A stretch of DNA of 64,000 bases, from assembly GCA_044376115.1 (NCBI GenBank), contig JBILLK010000018.1:96001-160000 (forward strand). The letters run 5' to 3'. The translations under genes were made by a program, and so were the position numbers. Every line of letters begins with the position of its first letter. Positions within the stretch are counted from its first letter, which is position 1. Of the stretch, positions 35,854 through 44,338 are shown piece by piece. The notes under the pieces were generated by a model that did no database searches, was not told where the DNA came from, and was given only the letters and a program-made list of their open reading frames with translations. The DNA comes from Polyangiaceae bacterium (GTDB taxonomy: Bacteria; Myxococcota_A; Polyangia; Polyangiales; Polyangiaceae).

Positions 35854-36993
35854 CTAGAGCCATTCGGCGACGACCCCGAGCGAGAAGGCGAGCGCCAGCG
35901 GGCCGAGATCCTCGGTCTCTTGGTCCGGCCAGACGTCGGTGGACGGAAGCACGATGTCTTCGGGAGCCAGCGGAAAGAGCGCATCGGCGCCCAAGGTGAC
36001 GCCCAAGCTCGAAGTGGCGCGCCACGTGGCCTCGACTCGCCCCCCAGCGACGACGGCGAACGTCGAACCACGGGCATCCCCAAGGAAGCCGCCGAGCATC
36101 GCGCTACCGCACGCACGCGCGCGCACGTCGGCGTGCAGGACTCCGCCGCAACCATCGACCCGCGCGGCCACGAGACTCAGCCAAACGTCACGCTCCAGTA
36201 GACTCGAGTGGTTGGGCAGCGAAGCGAAGATGCCGCCGCGCCCGGAGACTTCAGGGGCCAGCTCAGCGGGCGGCGCATAGGCGACGTCAATCATGGCCGA
36301 GGTGGTCATCGAGGCGGCCGCCGTCAGCGCAACCCCCACACCGACCTCTGCGGCGACGCCTGCGCGAAGAGCGCGCCGTTCGGCGGAAGGCTCGATCGAG
36401 TCGCGAGCGGTGGTGCGCGGGGCCGGGGGCGAAGAACGCTCGGGCGCCTGTATCGGCTGGACCTCAGTGGATGGGACCGGCGCTGGGTCCTCGGCGGATG
36501 GGACCGGCGCTGGGTCCTCGGCGGATGGGACCGGCGCTGGGTGCGCTGCGGCTCGCGGAAGACCGGCATCATCAAGAGCGACCATCACCGCCAACAGCGC
36601 TGCGCGAAGCTGGTCCTCGCAAGCAGCGCCGTCGACTTCGATCGAGCGCGTACCGAGCAGTGCGCCGCTGCTCAGTAGCGCGAGCTCAATCACGCCGGCT
36701 CGCTCTTGCACACGCACGGTGACGGCCTGGCTCAGCTCCAAGGACTGCAACTCCCGCTGCATCACTGCAGCGTCGGCCGACGAGAAGCACGGCCCCTCAG
36801 CGATCTCAACGACCACGGACGCAGCTGGCTCAGCCGCCGCTCGGCTGGGCAAGCTGCAAAGGATGGCGCCGAAGGTGAGCGCAAACTGTACCGATCGGCT
36901 TCTCAAGGCGTCCTGCGCTCCCTCGATGCTCTGACCGTCCGCGACATTCAACCGAAGCACCAAGCGCGTGATCGAATCGGTAGGCAGGCACAC
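35854..36993 (-). CDS. Exported protein with Pro-rich linker and C-terminal beta-strand-rich domain, upstream of the ECF sigma
   Basis: Signal-like segment, PAPVPSAED repeats, amphipathic strands ending ..VAEWL; the true start may be further downstream. Confidence 0.65.
   Translation of the reverse strand: MCLPTDSITRLVLRLNVADGQSIEGAQDALRSRSVQFALTFGAILCSLPSRAAAEPAASVVVEIAEGPCFSSADAAVMQRELQSLELSQAVTVRVQERAGVIELALLSSGALLGTRSIEVDGAACEDQLRAALLAVMVALDDAGLPRAAAHPAPVPSAEDPAPVPSAEDPAPVPSTEVQPIQAPERSSPPAPRTTARDSIEPSAERRALRAGVAAEVGVGVALTAAASMTTSAMIDVAYAPPAELAPEVSGRGGIFASLPNHSSLLERDVWLSLVAARVDGCGGVLHADVRARACGSAMLGGFLGDARGSTFAVVAGGRVEATWRATSSLGVTLGADALFPLAPEDIVLPSTDVWPDQETEDLGPLALAFSLGVVAEWL
36469..36542. 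repeat. Intragenic 27-bp tandem repeat (about 2.7 copies)
   Basis: GGATGGGACCGGCGCTGGGTCCTCGGC at 36469 and 36496, partial at 36523. Confidence 0.9.
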
Positions 36994-37043
36994 TACCCCG
37001 TTGGAGGGGCTAGCCCTCGAACCACGCGCCCAAGGAGGCCCGC

Positions 37044-37478
37044 TTGAAGCTCTGCCTGAACCCTCAACGACTTTTGCCGTTCACCCTCGTGTTCTTTGGC
37101 CTTGGCTGCTTTCACACGCCCAAAGAGGGCGAGGCCATCGAGGACGTCTGCAAAGAGGAGAACCACGGCAAAGAAGTCAGCGTCTCGGGCTACCTCGTGC
37201 CCCCCAAGATGATGACCTTCTGCAGCGATAGCTGCACCCTGCGCATCTCACCGAAGAAGGTGGAACAAGAGCCAACCTTGATCACCGCCTTCATGGTTGG
37301 AGACGGCAACGCGCAGATGAAGAAGTTGCCTGAGAAGTTCACCGCCAAAGACATCGATGTAACCGACTCGAGCGGCAAACACTTCGGCACGGGGGACGCC
37401 GTGAGGCTCACCGGAAAGCTGATGGTGAACGATAACCTCTGTTCGATGTTCAAACCGGAGAAGATCGAGGCGCTCTGA
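37044..37478 (+). CDS. Hypothetical lipoprotein (OB-fold-like)
   Basis: AGGAGG RBS, TTG start, GLGC lipobox. Confidence 0.7.
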   Translation: MKLCLNPQRLLPFTLVFFGLGCFHTPKEGEAIEDVCKEENHGKEVSVSGYLVPPKMMTFCSDSCTLRISPKKVEQEPTLITAFMVGDGNAQMKKLPEKFTAKDIDVTDSSGKHFGTGDAVRLTGKLMVNDNLCSMFKPEKIEAL

Positions 37479-37505
37479 AGCTCAAGGGCAACTAGGCTGT
37501 CGCTC

Positions 37506-37850
37506 ATGAATGGCGACAAACTGGAGCGGCTCGCGGATGAGCTTTTTGCAGGCCGCAATAGCCAAGATGAAGTCGCGCTTGACGCGCTGGCCGAGCACGT
37601 CGCGCCTTGGAACCTTTCAACCGATGAGCTCGACCTGCTGCTGACCAAGCTCGAGGCGAAAGGTTGTGAGGTAGTCGTGGGCGACCAGCCGAAGCTCGTT
37701 GAAGAGCTCAAGCTGGTGATGCCGGCGGTGAAGCGCTTCATGCAGCGGGAGAACCGCAAGCCCACCGTTTCGGAGCTCGCCGCCGAGGCCGAATGCGAAC
37801 CGTTAATCGTTTGGCGGGCGCTCCGGTATGGCCAGGTGATCGGGCGTTAG
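37506..37850 (+). CDS. Small protein with sigma-70 region 1.1-like and region 3-like segments
   Basis: LSTDELDLLLTKLEAKGCEVV and RENRKPTVSELAAEA. Confidence 0.6.
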   Translation: MNGDKLERLADELFAGRNSQDEVALDALAEHVAPWNLSTDELDLLLTKLEAKGCEVVVGDQPKLVEELKLVMPAVKRFMQRENRKPTVSELAAEAECEPLIVWRALRYGQVIGR

Positions 37851-37965
37851 TACGCACAAAGTTGCGAAGGCTGGGCAAGTTGATCATGGTTGGGCGTCAG
37901 AAACGGCCTTTTTATCGAGAAATCAGCCGTGAATGTTCTGGCCTACTCAGTGCATCCGACTCGGT

Positions 37966-38370
37966 ATGGAACAAGGTCCAAGCAACGAGAGCAGCGCTGA
38001 AAGCTCGCGGCTTTTAAAAACCGAGCGACGTTCGCATCGCAGAACGCAGCTGGACCGGCCTGTGTTGCTGGAGACCTCGACGCGCACCGCGACGGTCCGC
38101 TCGGTGGACGTTTCCGGGGGAGGCATCGCGGTTCGCACCGACCTCGCGTTGCAGGTCAATGAGCGTGCGGAACTCTACTTCGAACTGCCGATTGGCTACG
38201 CGGTTGAAGCGCGCGCCGAGGTAGTAAGGCGGCAAGGAGACCTCTTGGTGCTGCGCTTCGTCGAGTTGGCCCGTGAAGCCGAAATCGCCGTGCGGGCCTT
38301 TTGCAGGATCAGTGGGATGCAATCCGCCGTGAGCGGCGCGGCTACGACGGAGCGCGGCTCAAGCCTCTAG
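37966..38370 (+). CDS. PilZ-domain protein
   Basis: ERRSHRR (RxxxR) and DVSGGG (DxSxxG). Confidence 0.88.
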   Translation: MEQGPSNESSAESSRLLKTERRSHRRTQLDRPVLLETSTRTATVRSVDVSGGGIAVRTDLALQVNERAELYFELPIGYAVEARAEVVRRQGDLLVLRFVELAREAEIAVRAFCRISGMQSAVSGAATTERGSSL

Positions 38371-39684
38371 CCGCTCTTCCACGCGCGGTTGCGGGGCTGG
38401 GGAGACTGCCACGGTGGGGTTGGGGATCGCGAAGCCAACGACGCTGCCACCGCCTTTGTTGGGCCGCGTCATCGCATCTCCACCGTGAGCCCGAGCAATG
38501 CGCCGAACGAGCGCAAGACCGAGCCCGAGTGACTCGGACGTTCCCGCTTCGGCGGAGAAGAAGGCCTCAAACACGCGTTCGCGGTTTTCATCGGAGATGC
38601 CGGGTCCGCGGTCTTCAACCTCGACCGAAAGCTCGTCCCGACTGAAGCGCAGATTGACGGCCGTCGCGCCGCCTGCGTGTTTGCGGGCGTTCTCCAGCAG
38701 GTTGGACAGGGCGCGCGCAAACAGCGTCGCGTCGCAAGCGACCGGCACGACCTTGCCGGAGACGCTGGGCACGATCTCCGCGCCGGCTCGCTCGATCGTC
38801 CGTTTCACCAAGGCGAGGATGTCGGTGGAGCGGATGCTCAAGGCCGAAAACTCCAACCGGCTCTGAGCGAGCAGCCCACCGACCAGGTCGTCGATCTCGA
38901 CGATCTCCTGCTCGAGATCGTCGAGCAGTTTGGCCTTGCGAACGGCGCTCGATTCATCACGCAGTAGCTCTGAAAGCAGCCGCACCCGCGCCAAAGGCGA
39001 GCGGACTTCATGGGAGACGGTGGCCAATAGCTCCCGCTGATCCGAGAGCTGCTTTTTGATGCGCTTGGCCATGTCGGCAACGGCGCGGCTGAGCCGCAGG
39101 ATTTCTGGAGGGTCATGCCGGCCGCACGGGACGTTGACGTCATATTCGCCACGACCGATCGCGTCGGTGGCGTTGACTAGCGCCGATATCGGCCGGCCTA
39201 TCAAGCGTGATACGCGGTGGGCGAGCAACCACAACACAACGCCGGCGGTGAAGAGACCGAGCAACAAGGAGATGCCCCGCGCCCCTCGATTCTTGGTGCA
39301 GATGTCTACCTTGCCGAGCGGCTGACCGTCTTGCGTGGGCGTGAAGAAGGCGTCGGGCCGATCACACGGCGCACCGATCGCCTCGATCGTCCGGCCCGAC
39401 TCATCCCGCAAGGTGACCTCGACGTCGAGCTCGCTAGCAATTTGATGCGCCAAGCGCGAGCGCTCTGCCTCGTCATCCCAAACCTCGGCGAACTTCGCTG
39501 AGGCGATCCTGCGCGTCCCTTGGAGCACGCGGCGCCATTCACCGGAGCCGCTATCAAACAAATGGGTGACGAACGCGCCCGCAAACAAGCTCAAGAGAAT
39601 GGCCACGCCAAACCAGCCGAAGATCCGGCGGTGCATCGGCGAAATCGCCTTGGCGCAGGTAGCAATGAGACGCGGTTCAGCCAC
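38359..39684 (-). CDS. HAMP sensor histidine kinase
   Basis: Two TMs, HAMP, SHEVRSPL H-box, NLLENA, DRGPG, GLGL. Confidence 0.92.
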   Translation of the reverse strand: MAEPRLIATCAKAISPMHRRIFGWFGVAILLSLFAGAFVTHLFDSGSGEWRRVLQGTRRIASAKFAEVWDDEAERSRLAHQIASELDVEVTLRDESGRTIEAIGAPCDRPDAFFTPTQDGQPLGKVDICTKNRGARGISLLLGLFTAGVVLWLLAHRVSRLIGRPISALVNATDAIGRGEYDVNVPCGRHDPPEILRLSRAVADMAKRIKKQLSDQRELLATVSHEVRSPLARVRLLSELLRDESSAVRKAKLLDDLEQEIVEIDDLVGGLLAQSRLEFSALSIRSTDILALVKRTIERAGAEIVPSVSGKVVPVACDATLFARALSNLLENARKHAGGATAVNLRFSRDELSVEVEDRGPGISDENRERVFEAFFSAEAGTSESLGLGLALVRRIARAHGGDAMTRPNKGGGSVVGFAIPNPTVAVSPAPQPRVEERLEA

Positions 39685-39697
39685 CGTTAAGCTCCGT

Positions 39698-40402
39698 TTA
39701 GCCCTTGGGGTCAGAAGGTGGTGGAGCTTCGCTGGCCTCGCGCGCGAGCACGTAGCCCACGCCGCGCACCGTCTTGATCAGCCCACCGTCGCCGAGTTTT
39801 TGACGGACGTGCGAGATGTGCACGTCAATCGTCCGTTCGGAAACTACGACGTCCCCACGACCTGCCGCGGATAACAAGCGGTCACGTGGGATCACTTGGC
39901 CGGCGCGACGGGCCAACGCCGCGAGGATGTCGAACTCGATGCCGGTCAGGTCAAGCAACCGGTCTGCGAAGGTGGCCCGGCGTGCCGAGAAGTCCACCGT
40001 GAGCGCGCCGACCACGATGCGATCCGCCTCGCCATCCGGGCGCACTCTGCGCAAGATCGCCCGCAGCCGCGCGAGCAGTTCACGCGGGTTGAAGGGCTTG
40101 GGCAAATAGTCATCAGCGCCGAGTTCGAGCCCAACGATGCGATCCGTCTCATCACCACGCGCGGTGAGCATGAGGATGGGAACGTCCGACTTGCGGCGAA
40201 TTCTCCGGCATACCTCGAGACCGTCGAGCCCGGGCATCATCACGTCGAGCAGGACCGCATCGAAGTTGTCTGTCTCCAGCTTCGCCAGCCCGGCAAGCCC
40301 GTCGAGCGCACGCACGACCTCGAAGCCGTTCTGCGTCAAATATGACGAGAGCAATTCATGGAGACGCAAATCATCATCGACGATGAGAACCCTGGATGCC
40401 AT
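39698..40402 (-). CDS. OmpR-family response regulator
   Basis: VLIVDDD, LDVMMP, LTARG, GADDYLPKPF, IDVHIS..R.K, TVRGVGY. Confidence 0.93.
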   Translation of the reverse strand: MASRVLIVDDDLRLHELLSSYLTQNGFEVVRALDGLAGLAKLETDNFDAVLLDVMMPGLDGLEVCRRIRRKSDVPILMLTARGDETDRIVGLELGADDYLPKPFNPRELLARLRAILRRVRPDGEADRIVVGALTVDFSARRATFADRLLDLTGIEFDILAALARRAGQVIPRDRLLSAAGRGDVVVSERTIDVHISHVRQKLGDGGLIKTVRGVGYVLAREASEAPPPSDPKG

Positions 40403-40493
40403 GGCGCTGGAGGAGCCTACAGCACCCGCGCCGATGTTCGCATCGGGATCGTGAGCGCTGTAGGTTCTCCATCCGGGCCGATTCATCGAGGGC

Positions 40494-40727
40494 TCAATGG
40501 TCGCCATGATGCGAGCGGTGACCGCGCCGGAACGGACGATCTTCCTCGGCGGCGGGGGACTCAGCCGAACCATCGACGTTCTTGGCCGCTTGGACGCAGA
40601 CCTCAGCGACGTGGCGCTCGAACGCCTGTTGGCGATGTTTGGCGCGACAGCCCATGCTGCGGAAGCCCGAGGCAAAGCCGCCAATGGTACCCAAGGCGAG
40701 GAGCGCGATCAGTGCTTTACGTTTCAT
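40494..40727 (-). CDS. Small exported/membrane protein
   Basis: MKRKALIALLALGTIGGF.., His-rich C-terminus; co-oriented between the CpxP-like gene and the response regulator. Confidence 0.6.
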   Translation of the reverse strand: MKRKALIALLALGTIGGFASGFRSMGCRAKHRQQAFERHVAEVCVQAAKNVDGSAESPAAEEDRPFRRGHRSHHGDH

Positions 40728-40744
40728 GCTGAAGTTCCTCATGG

Positions 40745-41212
40745 TCAGACGGCCACACTTTCACTGCGATACGGTCCACGACGGTGTCCCCAAACGAAGC
40801 CGCGACGTTCAATCAGCGCCGCGAGCTCATTGCGTTGACGGGCATCGAGCACACCGTGCACCTTGCTGAAGGCGTTGCTGGTGAGAGCTCGCATCTCGGC
40901 GAGCGCTTGGTCATGCCGCGCAAACACAGACTCGAGCTGCGCTGGGTCAAACGTCTCCGCGCGCAAGATCTCGGCGACCTGCGTCCGCGTCGCAGCGAGC
41001 TCAGGCATGGCCTTGCGTCCGCCCGCTCGCACGTCGGAGATGGCGTCCACGATCACGTTCTCCTGGCTCGGGCTGGTCTCGAGCCGCGAGAAGATCCTCC
41101 CGAGAATACGGCCGCGCCGCCCCCACCCCATCCTGCCGCTCCAATGTGGAGCTCGCAGCACGCGAATGAGCCCGATCAGACAGGCGGTACCGACAATGAA
41201 TCCAAACATCAT
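40745..41212 (-). CDS. Spy/CpxP-like periplasmic adaptor (heavy-metal-sensor family)
   Basis: AGGAGG RBS; LETSPSQE and VLDARQR (LTxxQ-like) motifs; helical. Confidence 0.75.
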   Translation of the reverse strand: MMFGFIVGTACLIGLIRVLRAPHWSGRMGWGRRGRILGRIFSRLETSPSQENVIVDAISDVRAGGRKAMPELAATRTQVAEILRAETFDPAQLESVFARHDQALAEMRALTSNAFSKVHGVLDARQRNELAALIERRGFVWGHRRGPYRSESVAV

Positions 41213-41357
41213 TCCTCCTGAGTAGTGGTGGTGACTCTCAACGTTGGCCGAACGGAAGCAGCCAGTCGGTCTGAGTCATTCCGTCGCGAGACCATCCTGA
41301 CGCTTGCTTCGTGAATCCACATGCCGATTCCGATGAAGAACCGTTAAGTCGTGGCGC

Positions 41358-42635
41358 TTGCTTCGAGCCTGTTTCGGCAGCAGAGTCCGGACCTTGTCCG
41401 CTCGCAGCGCTTTCTCGATCCTCGCGCAGTCCAACGTCCGAAGCTGGGTCACCGCTCGCTTCTGCTCCGGGACCGGCGTGAGCATGTTGCGGGCCACGGC
41501 GATTTGGGACGTCTACGCGAGCACCGGTTCGTCGGTGAACGTTGGGCTGCTCGGATTGCTCTCCTTCGTGCCTGCACCGGTGCTGGCGTTGACCGGCGGC
41601 GTGGTGGCAGACCGCGCGGATCGCAAACGCATCGTGCTGCTCACGCAAGCGGTGGAGCTCGCCTGCGCCGTCGCTTTCACGGTGAGCCGCCTGAGCAACC
41701 AACTACCGATGTGGCTGCTGTTCGCGCTGTACATCCTCAACGGCGCCGCCATCGCCTTCGAATCGCCGGCGAGACAAGCGGTGCTCCCGAGCCTCGTGCA
41801 GCGTGAAGACTTGAGCCGCGCGGTCACCGTTATGTCGACGGCCCATGCGCTCTCCTTCGTCTCCGGGCCAGCGGTTGCGGGCTTGTTGCTCGCTTCGTTT
41901 GGCACCGGCTACGCGTACGGAGGTGCGGCCGTGCTGCTGGCGATCGCATGGAGCTTCGTCGCTCGTGTCTCGCTCGTGCACACACCGTCGACCGAGGCCA
42001 AGCCTTCACCGCTTGCGTCGCTGCTCGAAGGCTTCCGCTTTTTGCGGCACAACAGGCTGGTGTTGGGCGCGATGACGCTCGATCTGTTCGCGGTGATCTT
42101 TGGTGGAGCGACGGCGATGCTGCCCGTTTACGCCGACAAGATCTTGAACGTCGGGCCGCGCGGCTATGGCTTGTTGACCGCCTCGCTCGACGTCGGGGCG
42201 GTGCTGACGAGCTTGGTCTTGCTGGTGCTCCCACCGATCAAACGGTTGGGACGCACCGTCGTGCTCGGCGTGCTCGGCTACGGCGCAGCGACGATCGCCT
42301 TCGGTCTGAGTCGCAACTTCGAGCTCTCGATCGCTGCTTACGTTTGTGTGGGCATCGCCGATCAATTCAGCGTGGTGAGTCGCTCGGCGCTGGTGCAACT
42401 TTCAACGCCGGACGCGCTGCGCGGGCGCGTGAGCTCGGTCAATACGCTCTTCATTCTGGCCTCCAACCAACTGACGTTGGCCGAGAGCGGCTTCCTCGCG
42501 GCGCTGACCAGCCCCACCACCAGCGTGGTCGCCGGGGGCGTGGTCGTGTTCGTCGTGACCGGGCTGGTGCTGCTGTTTGTGCCGGAACTCTACAGTTCGA
42601 CGCAGCGCGCCGCGAACGAGGAGCGTCAAAGCTGA
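41358..42635 (+). CDS. MFS transporter (EntS/MFS_3-like)
   Basis: GGVVADRADRK motif, about 12 TMs, TPDALRGRV. Confidence 0.9.
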   Translation: MLRACFGSRVRTLSARSAFSILAQSNVRSWVTARFCSGTGVSMLRATAIWDVYASTGSSVNVGLLGLLSFVPAPVLALTGGVVADRADRKRIVLLTQAVELACAVAFTVSRLSNQLPMWLLFALYILNGAAIAFESPARQAVLPSLVQREDLSRAVTVMSTAHALSFVSGPAVAGLLLASFGTGYAYGGAAVLLAIAWSFVARVSLVHTPSTEAKPSPLASLLEGFRFLRHNRLVLGAMTLDLFAVIFGGATAMLPVYADKILNVGPRGYGLLTASLDVGAVLTSLVLLVLPPIKRLGRTVVLGVLGYGAATIAFGLSRNFELSIAAYVCVGIADQFSVVSRSALVQLSTPDALRGRVSSVNTLFILASNQLTLAESGFLAALTSPTTSVVAGGVVVFVVTGLVLLFVPELYSSTQRAANEERQS

Positions 42636-42692
42636 CGCACGGAGGCCGAGAACTTCGACAGACCGTCGCGCTCCTCGGGTTATGATGAAGCG

Positions 42693-43241
42693 GTGTCAGA
42701 GCTTTTGACCGAACGGCTGCGGCTGGTGCCGATCACAGTGCCGCTGGTAGAGGCCGTGCTCGAAGCCAACCGTCACAAGGCGGAAGCCATTCTCGAGGCG
42801 GAGTGCCCGGTCGCTTGGCCCAATCGAGGCTTGGTTGAGCGCGCCTTCTACGCTTCGCTCGACGCCATTCGCAGCGCGCCGCACGTGCGACTGTGGGGAG
42901 ACCGCGTGATGATCACCCGTCACGGTGCGCCGCGCGTGGTCGGCAGTGTGGTCTTTCACGGCGCTCCCGACGAACGCGGCTCGGTCGAGGTTGCGTACGG
43001 CGTCGAGGAGGACTCACAGCGCAAAGGCTTCGCCACCGAGGCAACGCGGATCAGCGTCGAATGGGCGCTCGCGCAGCCCGACGTTCAGGTCGTGCGCGCC
43101 GCCACGCCCGTATGGCACGTCGCATCGCAGAAGGTGCTGATGGCCTGCGGCCTCGTACGCACCGGCGAGCGTGACAGCCCGCTCGGAGATCTGTGGGAGT
43201 TCGAGCGCTTGCGTGTGCCTCCGCACATTCATGATCGCTGA
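42693..43241 (+). CDS. GNAT acetyltransferase (RimJ/RimL-like)
   Basis: TERLRLVP, EVAYGV...QRKGFATEA, ASQKVL..CG. Confidence 0.88.
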   Translation: MSELLTERLRLVPITVPLVEAVLEANRHKAEAILEAECPVAWPNRGLVERAFYASLDAIRSAPHVRLWGDRVMITRHGAPRVVGSVVFHGAPDERGSVEVAYGVEEDSQRKGFATEATRISVEWALAQPDVQVVRAATPVWHVASQKVLMACGLVRTGERDSPLGDLWEFERLRVPPHIHDR

Positions 43242-43292
43242 ACGGCGGTTCGGACTTACAGCCTCGCGAGCGACCGTGCTAAGGGATGCGCA

Positions 43293-43500
43293 CCGTGGTT
43301 CGCGACCTTCGGGTCGCGCGTTGGGCAGCTAACCCAACGCCGGGAAGCCAGTGAAACTCTGGCACGGAGCCGCCGCTGTAACTCGCAAGGAAGTCGCGCA
43401 AGAGCTTCCATGTTGGACCACCACCACAAGCCTCTCGGGGTTTGGAAGGTGCCAGGTCTCCCTGCAAAGGAGGTCGAGAAGTCAGAACATCGGACCACGG
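43293..43500 (+). promoter_or_regulatory. Cobalamin (B12) riboswitch
   Basis: P1 CCGTGGTTCG/CGGACCACGG; core GGGAAGCCAGTGAAACTCTGGCACGGAGCCGCCGCTGTAA; CCAC...GGAAGG; AGTCAGAACA B12 box; cUUCGg hairpin; TonB-dependent receptor downstream. Confidence 0.9.
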
Positions 43501-43569
43501 AGCTCAGGGCGATTCACGTCGTCAGGAGCAAAAGAACGACGGGCGCGAGCATCGCCCGGAGGGATGCAG

Positions 43570-44334
43570 ATGAAGCCGTGGTTCGTTTTGTTGGCGTTGG
43601 TCGCCTGTGAAGGCAGCGCAAGTTCGGGGAGCGATGAGTCGGATGAGAGCGAGAGCTCGTCAGCGTCCGGTGCTTCCGAGAGCGGCGGAGCTGAGCTGGG
43701 CGGTGAAGATCAGGGCGGCGCTGCGCAAGGCGGGCTCGATCAAGGTGGAGCAGGCGCAACGGCGCCCGAACCTTGCAGCGGTTTTGCTTCCGAGGTGGTC
43801 GACGTAAGTTACGGCCCCGGCGCAGGCTTCGGCCAAGCGCGCATGCCTCACATCGTCTTCGGCAGCCCGAACGGCGCTGGCGTGAGCGCGGGCTCGCTCG
43901 ACGTTGTGTCGCTCGGCAACGGCGGGCAGATCACGCTTGGCTTCTCCGATCAGCGCATCATCGACGGCGATGGGCCCGACTTCATTGTGTTCGAGAACGC
44001 CTTCTTCGCCGGCGGCCAAGAGAGCGCCGTATTCGCAGAGCTCGCGACGGTCGAAGTGAGCGTCGACGGTGAAACCTGGTTCGCCTTTCCGTGCACGGCC
44101 ACCGCAGCGCCCTTCGGTAGCTGTGCGGGGTGGCACCCTGTATTCGCCAACGCGAAGGACGCAACGATCGATCCGCAAGACCCAGCCGAGGCTGGAGGCG
44201 ACGCCTTCGATCTGGCCGAGCTCGGGCTGAGCGAAGCACGCTTCGTACGGATCACCGATCGGGCCGACATCACCGGCTTGAACGGCTCCTTCGATCTCGA
44301 CGCTGTAGCGCTCGTTCACGCTGTTTGCGACTGA
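43570..44334 (+). CDS. Cell-surface lipoprotein, BtuH-like candidate B12-binding protein
   Basis: LVAC lipobox, Ser/Gly linker, SLGNGGQITLGF...DG.GPDFIVFENAF...E...VEVS.DG, GGDAFDL; first gene after the riboswitch. Confidence 0.7.
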   Translation: MKPWFVLLALVACEGSASSGSDESDESESSSASGASESGGAELGGEDQGGAAQGGLDQGGAGATAPEPCSGFASEVVDVSYGPGAGFGQARMPHIVFGSPNGAGVSAGSLDVVSLGNGGQITLGFSDQRIIDGDGPDFIVFENAFFAGGQESAVFAELATVEVSVDGETWFAFPCTATAAPFGSCAGWHPVFANAKDATIDPQDPAEAGGDAFDLAELGLSEARFVRITDRADITGLNGSFDLDAVALVHAVCD

Positions 44335-44338
44335 GCCG

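Noticed and set aside
43351..43569. N-terminal extension of the surface lipoprotein ORF
   Set aside because: It overlaps the cobalamin riboswitch. The RBS and signal peptide indicate a start at 43564 or 43570.
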